The position numbers were made by a program, and so were the translations under genes. A stretch of 64,000 nt of DNA from a virus (Duplodnaviria > Caudoviricetes), in IMG/VR virus record IMGVR_UViG_3300010362_000016, positions 1-64,000 of that record; one strand, given 5' to 3'. Below the pieces are notes generated by a model. That model had not been told where the DNA came from and did no database searches. It saw only the letters and a list, made by a program, of their open reading frames with translations. This document shows, one piece after another, positions 33,851 through 44,100 of this stretch (position 1 is its first letter; the number at the start of each line of letters is the position of its first letter).

Positions 33851-34159
33851 ATGGCCGTCCTGACCTTCGGCAAATACAACGGCATGCCCATCGAGTCCGT
33901 CCCGGCAGACTATCTCGAATGGCTCATCGAGACCCGCAAAAAGGACATCAGACTCTACCAGGACGAACTCGACCGCCGGGCTGCTGCTGAGTTATCCAGC
34001 CTGACCATGGTCGAGCGGATCATCCAGGCCGGGTATAAATCCCTGGCCAAATCCTTCCACCCCGACGTGGGAGGAGACGCTAACCAATTCCGCGAGTTGC
34101 AAGGGAGCTACGAGCAACTCAAAGGAATCCTGAGCGAGGTTAAATCAACCAGCAAGTAG
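33851..34159 (+). CDS. DUF3820-like domain fused to a J-domain
   Basis: LTFGKYNG.PI..VP.DYL.W then YKSLAKSFHPDVGGD..QF..LQ..YE.L. Confidence 0.82.
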   Translation: MAVLTFGKYNGMPIESVPADYLEWLIETRKKDIRLYQDELDRRAAAELSSLTMVERIIQAGYKSLAKSFHPDVGGDANQFRELQGSYEQLKGILSEVKSTSK

Positions 34160-34180
34160 ACGAATCGGGGGAGTTTCAGT

Positions 34181-34507
34181 ATGAAGACCGTGTCGCTTCA
34201 ACTTAAACAGTCGCCGCCCACGATCAAGATCGAATCTCGAATTCCAGTTGGAGTGCTGATGGTGGTTATCCAGGATCTGAACGATGAACTAATGATCATC
34301 CTAAATGCTGTGGAGAAGCTCATGGAAGCTAAGGTAGTTTTGCAGGATCGCAGTTTCATGAGGGCGCTTCTGGATATCAAAATCGCCGCCCGGAAGCTTA
34401 GTGAGAAACACAGGATGTTAACGGAGTTTGTGAAGGTTCGCGGCGGGAAAGCCCTGGCTGTAACTGTCGAGGAGATTGTAAGGAGGAGTTATGAAGAAAG
34501 GGAGTGA
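34181..34507 (+). CDS. Hypothetical protein
   Basis: 108 aa helical ORF. Confidence 0.65.
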   Translation: MKTVSLQLKQSPPTIKIESRIPVGVLMVVIQDLNDELMIILNAVEKLMEAKVVLQDRSFMRALLDIKIAARKLSEKHRMLTEFVKVRGGKALAVTVEEIVRRSYEERE

Positions 34508-35108
34508 GGTCGCTAAAACGGAGCAGGAGATCCAGAGGGATGAGTTGCGGAGGAGGATGGTCGAGAAGTTAAAGCAACCAGGATTAACTCGGGAGTCGGG
34601 GAAGCCTGGGAAGTTTCCCAGCACGTCTTGTTTGCTCCTCGACAGGTCCGGAAGCATGGCGATGAGGGTTGGGGATAAGTCGATGAGATCCAGCCGGATT
34701 CAGGAGTTAAGGAAGCTGGCGGAGATGTTTCCGGGAGTGAGGAAGTTTCAGTATGACCATGAGGTCTCGGAGCTTTGGGAAGGGGAGATGATTGCGGACG
34801 CGAGAGGGGATAATGACGAGCCGCTGGCGTTTGAGTATGTGAAGAAGCACGGGATCAGGCATGTGGTGTTGTTGAGTGATGGGGGAGCGGATAATCCCAG
34901 GAAGGCGCTGGAGGCTGCGAAGGGGCTCAAAGTAGACGTGTGTTATATCGGCCCGGAACCTATGCCGCAGTTTCTGGTGGATCTGGCGAACCAATCCGGC
35001 GGAACGGCTCAGAAGGGGAATTTGACGATGTTGAAGGAGCTTGAGTCGAAGGTCCGGGAGAGGTTGTTGATCGAGGCTCCGCCGTGGGAGGAGTCGATTA
35101 AGTTATGA
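34491..35108 (+). CDS. von Willebrand factor A domain protein
   Basis: LLLDRSGSM MIDAS motif, VVLLSDG, VDVCYIG. Confidence 0.85.
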   Translation: MKKGSEVAKTEQEIQRDELRRRMVEKLKQPGLTRESGKPGKFPSTSCLLLDRSGSMAMRVGDKSMRSSRIQELRKLAEMFPGVRKFQYDHEVSELWEGEMIADARGDNDEPLAFEYVKKHGIRHVVLLSDGGADNPRKALEAAKGLKVDVCYIGPEPMPQFLVDLANQSGGTAQKGNLTMLKELESKVRERLLIEAPPWEESIKL

Positions 35109-36490
35109 AGGAACTCGACCAGGAAATCGTCACGGGGGCCGGGACCGGAGAGGTCGAGTGTGAGTTCCTCACCGGGATCGCCGGGAGCGGGAAGACGTTC
35201 GAGTGCCGGAGGAGGATCAGGGAAGACCCGGATTATGGGGTCTTGTGCGCGACCACCGGGATTGCGGCGGTTAACTTGGGCGAAGGCGTCACGACGTTGA
35301 ATTCGCTGTTGAGATATTACAACACGGATTCGTTGGAGATGGCTCACCAGACCGGAAGGCTGGCTAGAAGGCTGTCGGATCTCGCTCTCGGGGAAGGGGT
35401 CAGGAACATCGTGATCGATGAGGTGTCGATGATGGACGCCGAGCAGTTGGATCTGATCTATGAGGGGATAGAGAAGTTTAATTATTCGGACCCGGCGAAT
35501 CTTCTGGGATGGGAGTCGCCGAAGCTGGGGTTGGTTCTGACGGGGGATTTTTGTCAGTTGCCCCCGGTGAAGGGGAAGTTTGCGTTCGAGGCGGAGTGCT
35601 GGGAGAAGTTCGAGGCCAGGACCACGGTGTTGACTAAGTGCTGGAGGCATGCCGGGGATTCGAGGTTTTTGGAGGGGTTGAATTGTTTCAGGGCTGGGCT
35701 TGGGAGGAAGGGCGCGGGGATCTTGGCCGATTGCGGGGTGGGATTCCATTCCAGCCTGGATGAGGATTTCGAGGGAAGCACGATCATCGCCAGGAATGAG
35801 AATGTGGATAACTACAACGACGTCCGGTTGGCTAAGTTAACTACGGAGCCGTTTACTTTGCGGACTATCCGGTGGCATTCCCCTGACCGGGCTGATGTTA
35901 ACAACCAATGGAAGTCCATCAAAATCGAATCGACCTACAAGCCCGGGGCGCTGGTTATGTTACTTGATAATGACTCGGATGGGCAGTTCGTTAATGGGGA
36001 TTTGGGAAGGGTGGTTGAGTTTAACCGCTCAGATAAAGTAATCATCGTCCGGCTTCTCCGGACAGGGGAGGATGTTTACGTTTCCCCGATCTGGCGCAGG
36101 CATCTCGAAAGGAAAGTTCCTCCTCAGTTCCAGAAGGTGGGCAGTGAGGATTGGCCTCGGAGCAGGCAGGATTCCCATGCGAGGAGCCCGGAGGACTTGA
36201 CTTATTTCGATTCGAAGGAGAAGCGCTGGGTTTTGGGGGAGTGTCTGTTTTATCCGCTCCGGCTGGCTTGGGCGACCACGGTTCACAAGTCACAAGGTCT
36301 TACCTTAGACAAAGTCCAAATTGATCTGAGTCATAACTTTTTCGGCTCGCCGGGGATGGCGTATGTGGCGCTCTCGCGGTCCAGGACGCCGGAAGGGCTC
36401 CGGCTGGTTGGAACCAGGGATCTCCTGGCCTCCCGGGCCCGCCTCGACCGGAGATGCGCTCCCTGGGTTTCGTCAACCTCGAAAGGCTGA
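35105..36490 (+). CDS. PIF1/RecD-like SF1B helicase
   Basis: TGIAGSGKT, IDEVSM, GDFCQLPPV, PLRLAWATTVHKSQGLTLD, YVALSR. Confidence 0.93.
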   Translation: MKELDQEIVTGAGTGEVECEFLTGIAGSGKTFECRRRIREDPDYGVLCATTGIAAVNLGEGVTTLNSLLRYYNTDSLEMAHQTGRLARRLSDLALGEGVRNIVIDEVSMMDAEQLDLIYEGIEKFNYSDPANLLGWESPKLGLVLTGDFCQLPPVKGKFAFEAECWEKFEARTTVLTKCWRHAGDSRFLEGLNCFRAGLGRKGAGILADCGVGFHSSLDEDFEGSTIIARNENVDNYNDVRLAKLTTEPFTLRTIRWHSPDRADVNNQWKSIKIESTYKPGALVMLLDNDSDGQFVNGDLGRVVEFNRSDKVIIVRLLRTGEDVYVSPIWRRHLERKVPPQFQKVGSEDWPRSRQDSHARSPEDLTYFDSKEKRWVLGECLFYPLRLAWATTVHKSQGLTLDKVQIDLSHNFFGSPGMAYVALSRSRTPEGLRLVGTRDLLASRARLDRRCAPWVSSTSKG

Positions 36491-36491
36491 A

Positions 36492-36734
36492 ATGTTCCAC
36501 CTTCCACGCTGCGGGGATTGTTTGTTCTACGCCGAGAGTTCCCGGCTCCTCGAACTGGAGAAGCTGGGCCCCGGCACGGTCGCCACGGGGCACTGTCATA
36601 GATATCCGCCGCAGGTCCTCCTCGACAGGCCGGATTGTTTCCCCGAGGTCAGGGTGGAGGATTACTGCGGGGAGTTCGTCTACAGCCCGCCAGACAACGA
36701 AGGAAAGGATGAAGGGAAGCACCATGGAGTTTAG
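36492..36734 (+). CDS. Small Cys-rich phage protein
   Basis: CGDC...CHRYPP...P.V...DYCGEF. Confidence 0.75.
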   Translation: MFHLPRCGDCLFYAESSRLLELEKLGPGTVATGHCHRYPPQVLLDRPDCFPEVRVEDYCGEFVYSPPDNEGKDEGKHHGV

Positions 36735-36915
36735 AGCGGCTTCCAACCGGACTATCGAAGGCCACGGAACAAACTTCTTCAGCCGCGACCGGCTGCGGGC
36801 CGAGGCCTGGGCCCAACGCGAAGCCAAGGACGGCTTCGAAGTGGTCGTATTCGAAGTCCGCGAGGTCGAAGTTTCCAGATTTAGCCCTGACCAGAAGAAG
36901 GAGGATTCCAAATGA
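36724..36915 (+). CDS. Hypothetical protein
   Basis: 63 aa ORF. Confidence 0.55.
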   Translation: MEFRAASNRTIEGHGTNFFSRDRLRAEAWAQREAKDGFEVVVFEVREVEVSRFSPDQKKEDSK

Positions 36916-36943
36916 TCATCCCGTTTGCCGGGAGAGAAAGAAG

Positions 36944-37468
36944 ATGACCGAACAGCGAAACAAAAAGCGCATGGCGCACGCGAAGCGGTTGTGGGATGGT
37001 CTTATGAGTCTGGCTGATCAGGAACAACCGGTAAGCCTGCGTGACGCTGCCAGAGCGTTCGGGCTGAGCGCATCTACAAGCCGCACCAGAGACATTCTGC
37101 AATTCTTCAATGTCATCCCTGGCATTCAGATTGAGAGCGTGGCGAACCCCATGGGCGTTAAGGGACCGGGCTATAGAACGCTTTACAGGATAACGACAGA
37201 GCCAGTGGTGCGGTTGCTTTGGGACAGGTGCTTGGCTGCGTCTCCAACGGCTGAATCCAGTCGTGACTTTTACGCTAGGCTTCGCCGGGAGATCGCCATT
37301 CGCAGGAAAGAGGCATATGACAAACGGTTCGGCAAGTGGACGCCGGATAATACCGCCAAGGTGGATTTGCATGACATCCTCAATTACATCGAGGAAGAAC
37401 TAGACAAGTTCAATTCGGGCCTATCCGTCAAAGGACGAGAGAACGCCGGTACAACGATGGCTTCTTAG
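36944..37468 (+). CDS. Hypothetical DNA-binding protein (HTH-like N-terminus)
   Basis: VSLRDAARAFGLSASTSRT. Confidence 0.65.
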   Translation: MTEQRNKKRMAHAKRLWDGLMSLADQEQPVSLRDAARAFGLSASTSRTRDILQFFNVIPGIQIESVANPMGVKGPGYRTLYRITTEPVVRLLWDRCLAASPTAESSRDFYARLRREIAIRRKEAYDKRFGKWTPDNTAKVDLHDILNYIEEELDKFNSGLSVKGRENAGTTMAS

Positions 37469-37479
37469 CCAGGAAGGAC

Positions 37480-38376
37480 ATGTCACACATGATAGATAAA
37501 ATCAAAGGGGAACTAATCCCACTTACAAGGGAACTGGCGATCCGGTTCTCGCAAATGAAACCAATGCCGGGAGAACGTGCTAAACGCGGATCTCGGCTGA
37601 AATACTTCAACCACAAGTTACGCGCCGGGGATTTCTTATCTCCAACATGGGCCGTCGCAATAGTAAATGGCGAAGAATATAGAGCGGACGGGCAGCATAC
37701 ATCAACGGCCTTGGCGACGTGCTCAGAGGAACTATTCCCTGACAACATAGGGGTTACGATCAACACTTACCGGCTGGATTCAATGGCTGACGCTCCCACA
37801 CTTTTCGAGACCTTCGACAATCCCATCTCCGCCAGAAGTAATACGGACAAACTCGGTGTCTACGTGGCACATCACCAAGAGTTCCTGGAGGTAGATAGAA
37901 CTTATCTCAGTAGAGTGAGTCGCGGCATCGATTATTATTACCGGGATTTAGCCAAGGAAGCAGACTCACAACGTCAGCTTACACTTTGGTCCGCCCGCGA
38001 CCATGGTCTTTACTTTGAACAAGGGCCGCATCGGCAGTTCGCCATTTGGCTCCACTCCTGGCGGCAATCGCACCACGTCTGGATGATCGGTAAGCCAGGA
38101 ATCGTCGCGGAAATTTTCGCTGATTGGTTGAGTTATCCCATCATGGCCGAGCGTTTCTGGGGTGAGGTGTTTACCGAGAGCAACCCCGACTCCGAGGACG
38201 ACACACGAGAACTCTCGCGGGTCCTAAAGGAATGGTCAAAACGCCCGACGCGCATGAAGCAGGACAAGTATCGCGCCAAGGCTCACAAGATTTGGGATCG
38301 ATATAAGCGGTTATTCAATACTACTCCCAAGCCGGGTGATGCACCAGCGCCGCCGACGGAAGAGCAAGCCGCCTGA
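37480..38376 (+). CDS. ParB/Srx-like DGQHR-type protein
   Basis: YRADGQHTSTAL; F.TFD....R.N.D. Confidence 0.65.
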   Translation: MSHMIDKIKGELIPLTRELAIRFSQMKPMPGERAKRGSRLKYFNHKLRAGDFLSPTWAVAIVNGEEYRADGQHTSTALATCSEELFPDNIGVTINTYRLDSMADAPTLFETFDNPISARSNTDKLGVYVAHHQEFLEVDRTYLSRVSRGIDYYYRDLAKEADSQRQLTLWSARDHGLYFEQGPHRQFAIWLHSWRQSHHVWMIGKPGIVAEIFADWLSYPIMAERFWGEVFTESNPDSEDDTRELSRVLKEWSKRPTRMKQDKYRAKAHKIWDRYKRLFNTTPKPGDAPAPPTEEQAA

Positions 38377-38385
38377 TAATCCACC

Positions 38386-38787
38386 ATGGTTACCGAACTC
38401 CCTGACGGCGGGTTGAAATGCTCCTGCGGGGCCACGGCCAAGCCCAAGGACCGGGGCAGGTTCAAAAAACGCCACCCCTCGGCCTGCTCTGCGGCAGCGA
38501 AAGAACGGAAAATCCGCGAGGAGTTCAGCGTCGCCCTCGCCCAGGACGTCCGCTCCGTCGTCAACTCCGTCACCGAAGTCCCTGACCTGCTCGACCAGAT
38601 CGACGCAGCGGGCTCCTGCCTCACCAAATGGGAAAAGGAATTCATCGAATCCGTCCAGGATCAATACGACCGGCGCGGTGACCTAAGCGAACGCCAAATC
38701 CAGGTGCTAAGAAACATCTCCAAAAAGCTCCCAACCAAACACCAACTTGACGCATTAATCAACCCCGCCAGGAAGCCATCGTCATGA
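38386..38787 (+). CDS. Hypothetical protein
   Basis: CSCG...H...C; WEKEFIESV...LSERQ...L. Confidence 0.72.
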   Translation: MVTELPDGGLKCSCGATAKPKDRGRFKKRHPSACSAAAKERKIREEFSVALAQDVRSVVNSVTEVPDLLDQIDAAGSCLTKWEKEFIESVQDQYDRRGDLSERQIQVLRNISKKLPTKHQLDALINPARKPSS

Positions 38788-39716
38788 AAGTCATCTTCGT
38801 AAAGGACCTGACCAAAGAATCCGGGATCGTCTCCGAAATGTTCCAGGTCTCCCAAGTCGAAACCAGAATCCTCAGCAACCAGGAAGACAAACGTTATCTC
38901 AAGCTGAAGCTCCGCGACCGAACCGGCGAGATCGAAGCCCGGCTTTGGGACATCCCAGTTGGCCTTCTCGTTAACAAAGGCGACGTCATCCGGGTCAGAT
39001 CCGAGGTCGTCCTCTACCACGACGAACTCCAGTTGAAACTCCTGGAAGTGAAGTTCCCCGCGCCGCCGGAGATCCGGATCGAGGATTACATCCCTTCGTC
39101 CTCCCGGGATCGGCAGCAAATGCTGGATGAGTTGGATCGCAGAATCGATGGAATCCTCAACGTCGCCCTCCGGGAAGCAGTGAAGCAACTAGTCCAGTGG
39201 AAGCGGGAAAAGCTGAGGGACGCCCCGGCGGCGAAGGGAAATCATCAAGCCTACCTGGGAGGCCTCCTTGAACATATCCTCCGGCTTTGCCGGTTGGTTG
39301 ACGTGGTCTGTTGCATTTACCGAGATCTGGATCGCGACATTCTGCTCACCGGAGCAATCGTGCATGACATCGGCAAAGTTGAAGAACTCCAGTGGTCCGT
39401 CGCCCTTGGCTACAGTAAAAAAGGCGCATTAGTCGGTCACATCGTCCAGGGTTCTGCGATGTGGGAGAACGTAAGCTCCTACGTTGACGAAAACGTCCGG
39501 ATTCACGTCGAACATATCATCGCCAGTCACCACGGCCAGCTAGATTGGGGCGCGGCGGTCCTCCCCATGACCAGGGAAGCCATGGTGTTTCACCTCCTCG
39601 ACATGATCGATTCCAAATACGAGATGTACACCAACGCCGTTTCAGCAGGAGTGGATGAGGATGGATTTACTCCATGGAATTCGAAGTTGGAAACGAGAGT
39701 CTGGAACGGCCTTTAG
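38784..39716 (+). CDS. YhaM-like OB-fold + HD-domain 3'-5' exonuclease
   Basis: LKLRDRTGEIEARLW OB fold; HQAYLGGLLEH, HDIGK, GHI, HIIASHHG, LDMIDSK. Confidence 0.9.
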   Translation: MKVIFVKDLTKESGIVSEMFQVSQVETRILSNQEDKRYLKLKLRDRTGEIEARLWDIPVGLLVNKGDVIRVRSEVVLYHDELQLKLLEVKFPAPPEIRIEDYIPSSSRDRQQMLDELDRRIDGILNVALREAVKQLVQWKREKLRDAPAAKGNHQAYLGGLLEHILRLCRLVDVVCCIYRDLDRDILLTGAIVHDIGKVEELQWSVALGYSKKGALVGHIVQGSAMWENVSSYVDENVRIHVEHIIASHHGQLDWGAAVLPMTREAMVFHLLDMIDSKYEMYTNAVSAGVDEDGFTPWNSKLETRVWNGL

Positions 39717-39733
39717 AAAAGGAGAAAGGAGAA

Positions 39734-39883
39734 ATGAAAATGGTTACGGTCAGAATGATTTTGTTGATCATTGCGGTGTTGTTGTTGTTGCTGGATGGGT
39801 TGGGAGTGAAGGCTCCCAGGGTCAACCTTCAGTCGCTGGGGTTGATGTGTGCGGTCCTGGCGATGACGCTCGTGGGAGTGTGA
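39734..39883 (+). CDS. Small two-helix membrane protein
   Basis: AAGGAG RBS; two hydrophobic segments. Confidence 0.65.
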   Translation: MKMVTVRMILLIIAVLLLLLDGLGVKAPRVNLQSLGLMCAVLAMTLVGV

Positions 39884-39894
39884 CGACGACGAAG

Positions 39895-40308
39895 ATGGCG
39901 AAGATTCTGAAGATGAGGCAGACGGAGTATCCCCCTGGGGATGCGATTCATGTGGTCGCCAGGGGGACTCTCACGCTGGGGCAGATCAGCAAGTCGAAAG
40001 GAATCTACTCGACACAGAAGACTTCGATTTACAAGGATCAGGTGAGCTTCATTGGAAAGGAGTGGGATTTGGTTTGGAAATTAGCTGAGCAGTTCAAGGT
40101 GAAGTTGAGGATGATCGATGTCGCGTATTTGGATGGGAGATATAAGATCACGGTGGAGAGAGCGAAGAAGGTGATGGTTAGCAGGCAGGAGTATAACGCT
40201 GGGTTTGTGGAAGGAGGGGTGTTTATTCCGTTGGGGAGTTTTACGAAGACGGGGAAGATGGAGGACGGGAAGGAGATTATTTTGGCGTTGGATGATGAGG
40301 TGGGTTAA
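39895..40308 (+). CDS. Hypothetical protein
   Basis: ORF coupled to thyX. Confidence 0.7.
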   Translation: MAKILKMRQTEYPPGDAIHVVARGTLTLGQISKSKGIYSTQKTSIYKDQVSFIGKEWDLVWKLAEQFKVKLRMIDVAYLDGRYKITVERAKKVMVSRQEYNAGFVEGGVFIPLGSFTKTGKMEDGKEIILALDDEVG

Positions 40309-41129
40309 TGAACGTCGAGATACAGATATTTAATATTGGACGGACGATGGTGGATCGGGAGCAGGTGAGGCTTTGGTTGAATTGGTTGAATGTCAACCAG
40401 TATGAGATTCCTGGGGAGGATGTGGTGAGTGATCCGGCGTTGCTGGTGGCCCTGGCAGCGAAGCGGTGTTATATGTCGTTCGAGCCGGGGTTAAATCCGA
40501 ATGTCACGAAGATCAGATCGAGCATGGTTGATTATCTGGATAATATCCTGGCTTCGGGACATGGGTCAGTGCTGGAGCATGCGGTTTATAGCTTTGCGAT
40601 TGAGGGGGTTTCGAGGGTGTTTACGGGGGAGATGAATAGACATCGGGCTGGGTGGGCGATCTCGGAAGGGTCGATGAGGTTCATCCGGTTTGACAGGGAT
40701 ATTCCTTGGTGGATGCCGATGTCGCTCCGAGGGGAAAAAGAAGATGACATCGATTTGAGCTTGAGGAAGTCGGTGAGTCAGGAGATTTTTAAGAAGGCCT
40801 TCAATCAGATGAAGGAGAACTATTCGGAGTTGCTGAAGGTCTGGGATATGGAGGAGGGTCATCATAACTTCCGGTATAAGAAGAGGGTTACTTCGTGTTT
40901 GAGGAGGATTATTGGGATGGGGGTGGCGACCGGGGGTGTGTGGACCGGGAATATTCGGGCGTTGAGACATGTGATTGCTCTCAGAGGCGACGAAGCTAGT
41001 GCGGAGGAGGAGATTTTTCATGTGTTTTCCAGGGTGGGGAAGATCATGTTCGAGAAGGAAGGGATGATGTTCAGGGATTTTAAGCAGGATGAGAGAGGTT
41101 CGTGGGTTCCGGGGTATAGGAAGGTTTAA
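40308..41129 (+). CDS. thyX: FAD-dependent thymidylate synthase
   Basis: HGSVLEH.VYSF.IEGVSR....EMNRHR...SEGSMRF. Confidence 0.93.
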   Translation: MNVEIQIFNIGRTMVDREQVRLWLNWLNVNQYEIPGEDVVSDPALLVALAAKRCYMSFEPGLNPNVTKIRSSMVDYLDNILASGHGSVLEHAVYSFAIEGVSRVFTGEMNRHRAGWAISEGSMRFIRFDRDIPWWMPMSLRGEKEDDIDLSLRKSVSQEIFKKAFNQMKENYSELLKVWDMEEGHHNFRYKKRVTSCLRRIIGMGVATGGVWTGNIRALRHVIALRGDEASAEEEIFHVFSRVGKIMFEKEGMMFRDFKQDERGSWVPGYRKV

Positions 41130-41147
41130 GCCATCAGGGAATAGTCG

Positions 41148-44100
41148 ATGATCACGGATGATGGGTTGAATTTTGTTGGGCCTCCCGGGTACAGGGCCGG
41201 GGAGTTGGTGGCCAAGATGGCTCCCGAGGGGAGTGGAATCAGTAAGGTGTTGGTGATGGCCGAGGCCCTGGGGGAGCACGAGGCGTTGGATAGGTTGCCG
41301 CTCAGGCCGTATGCTGAAGCCGGGAGTGTGTTTCAGAATGTGCTGCGGCACGCCAGGGTTGAGAGAGGGACGCTGGCGATCAGTAACTTGTGTTGGTATC
41401 GGCCCCCGAGGAATTGGCTGGAGGGTTCGCCCTGGCAATCGGATGCGATTCAGCTTTGTCGTCCGCTGAACGATGAGTTAATCGAGAAGGTCAGGCCGAA
41501 GGCCATCCTGGCCTTGGGCGGCATGGCTTTTCGGGAGTTGACCGGCCTTGGAGGAGAGAAGCAAGGGATTGAGATGTGCCGGGGGTTCATCGTCCCTTCG
41601 ATCAAGGAGAGGGTGACGTGGACCCGGGACGAGGGCGGGGCCCTGCGGCCTGTCATGGGGTTGGTCCCATGGGATTCGGTGCCGGTCGTGGGGACTTACC
41701 ATCCGAGCTTCCTCCGCCGTGGGGCCAAGGAACGCGAGAAGGGCGGTGGCGAGGCCGCTCAGGGCCGCACCGTGGCGGCTGGGGGCGGCACCCAGGGCAT
41801 GAACCTCCTCGGGGTCCTCATCCGCGATCTAAAGCTCTGCTTCGAAATCGTCCGCAGCGGCGTTCCCAAATTCGAATACTCGGATTACAAGCTGGAAGCT
41901 ACATTAGCCGACTGGAAGCAGGCCCTCGAATATCTCCGGGCCCACCCCAGGCTACCCATCAGCTACGACTTCGAAACTCTCGACTCCCTTGTCAGGGAAT
42001 CCGAAGAAGACGCCGAACATATCAAGCGCGACGTAACCCAGGTTCAAATTTCCTGGATGATCGGTCAGGCCCTCGTCAGCACGTGGTTCTCCGATTTACT
42101 TCCTGTGCTGCGGGAAATCCTCCAGCTACCCAACCCGAAGGTCGATTGGAACGGCAGAAAGTTCGACCGGCCCATTTGCCGGGAGATGGCCATCCGCTGC
42201 GACATCGGGGAGTGGATCGACCTCATGGATCTGTGGCACCACGCCCAGCCGGATTTACCCAGGGGACTGCAATTCGCGACCAGCTTCGTCTGCCCTGAAG
42301 TTGGTCCGTGGAAGCACTTCGCCATCAGCGATGCTCTCCGGTATGGAGCATATGACGTCGATATGCCCCAGAGGATTCTGGCCGGGCTCCAGCGGTCGCT
42401 CAGCCTCATCCGTGACTCCAATTCAGGAATGTCCCTTTGGGGCGACGGTCGCTACGCCGGGTTCACCGGGCAGGTCCTCCGGCTGTCTCCCGTCCTCGAT
42501 GGAATGACCGCCCGAGGCATCCCGGTCGATGAGGATCGCAGATCCAAACTCGACGAGGAATTTTCCCGCACCTTAGGTCGAGTCCACTACGCCGATTATC
42601 TCCGGGACCACAACCTCCCCGAACTAACCAACGAGGAACTCAACAAAATCGAAGGCATCTCGGATCGGTTGCAGGGCCTCATCCCCGATGAGGTGAAGAG
42701 CGTCGATCCCCCCAAGGGATATAAAAATCGACCGAAGGAACTCAGCCGGGAGTGTTCAACCTGCGCAGGGAAAAAACTCGTCACCAACCCCGAGTGGAAG
42801 CCCCGGCGGATCAAGGGCAAGCGAAAGCTCAAGGAAGTCGTCTCGGAGAAATTCGAGTTCCCTTCTTCCGTAGACGAGTTCGTCGAATTGATCGTCGAGA
42901 GCGTCGATTTGAGCTTGATCCCAGCGATGGCCGAGACGACCGAGGAGAAGATCCCGAAAAGGATTCGCTGCGGGAGTTGTGAAGGTGAAGGAAGGATCAA
43001 CCTGAGGGAAGCGGAGCTTCCCGAAGGCTGGGTCCGGCGAAACTTCGACGACGAGGAGAAGTGCGAGTGCGTGAAGGCCGCGAATCAAGCCATCGCCCGG
43101 GCGAAGAGGGAATCCAAAAAAGCCCTCAAGGTCCTCGTGAAAGCAGCAGCCGTGATCGGCCCGGGCGACGGGCCGAAGCCCGTCGCTGATTCTGATTTTG
43201 CCCGTCCGCCCAAAGCCGATTGGACCGGGCTTCTCCACTGTCCAAAATGCGGCGGCACCGGCAAGGTCAAAATCACCGAGCAACGCTGGTCCAGGCTCGC
43301 TCCGTTTTTGCCCAACGGCTCCGCCCAGGTTCTCCGGTATATCCGGTTCAAATTCGCCGAGGAGAGCCAGCAGCTAAATCAAAAATTCCTGGAGAACCCC
43401 CCGGCCAAGACGACCATGGAGGAGTTCGTCGAGCGCCGCCGGAAGTGGATCGTCCCCACGGATTATAAGACCGGAGCCGAAACCAGCGGCGAAGCTGAAC
43501 TTCGAAGGTTAGCTAGTCGAACGGCTGATCCGGTCCTGCCGATGATCCTCGAATTCCGCGAGGTCGCCAAGCTTCGCGGCACTTACGTCAAGGGCTGGAC
43601 TCCTTCCAATGTTCAACAATTCCTCGATCCCGAAACCAACCTCATCCGCAGAATCGGACGGGTTCATCCCACATTCGGGTTTCGTCCGGCCACCGGACAG
43701 CTAAGTAGCGAGAACCCCAACGCGCAGAATTTCCCTTCGCACTCTGAACTTTCCCACGCCATGTTGAAGATGATTTCCTCGCGGCCCAGGTTCAGGATGG
43801 TGAAGTTCGATTACAAAAGCTTCCACGCGATCACGGCGGGGTTCGAGGCGAAGGATGTGGATTGGATCAGGATTGCCCGAGTCGATATTCATTCGTTCTT
43901 GACGCTGGTGGGGTTGGTTAAAGCAGAGAAGCCCGAGGTGGCGTTCGGGTGGGATCAACCGGAATTAAAAGATCGGTTGAAGTGGTGGCGAAAGCAGGAC
44001 CGGCTTTATTCGGCGTATGCGAGGCAGAAACATCCGGCAGGGATGACGTTCGGGGAGATTCGGGATGAGATCGCTAAGCGGGTGGTTTATGGATGGGAGT

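Noticed and set aside
13999-38376. Dnd phosphorothioation system (PAPS-reductase + DGQHR genes)
   Set aside because: The genes are 23 kb apart in different modules; no DndA/D/E equivalents recognised
42720-43290. Polymerase insertion as an intein
   Set aside because: No C/S start with His-Asn end and no LAGLIDADG blocks; Zn-finger motifs instead
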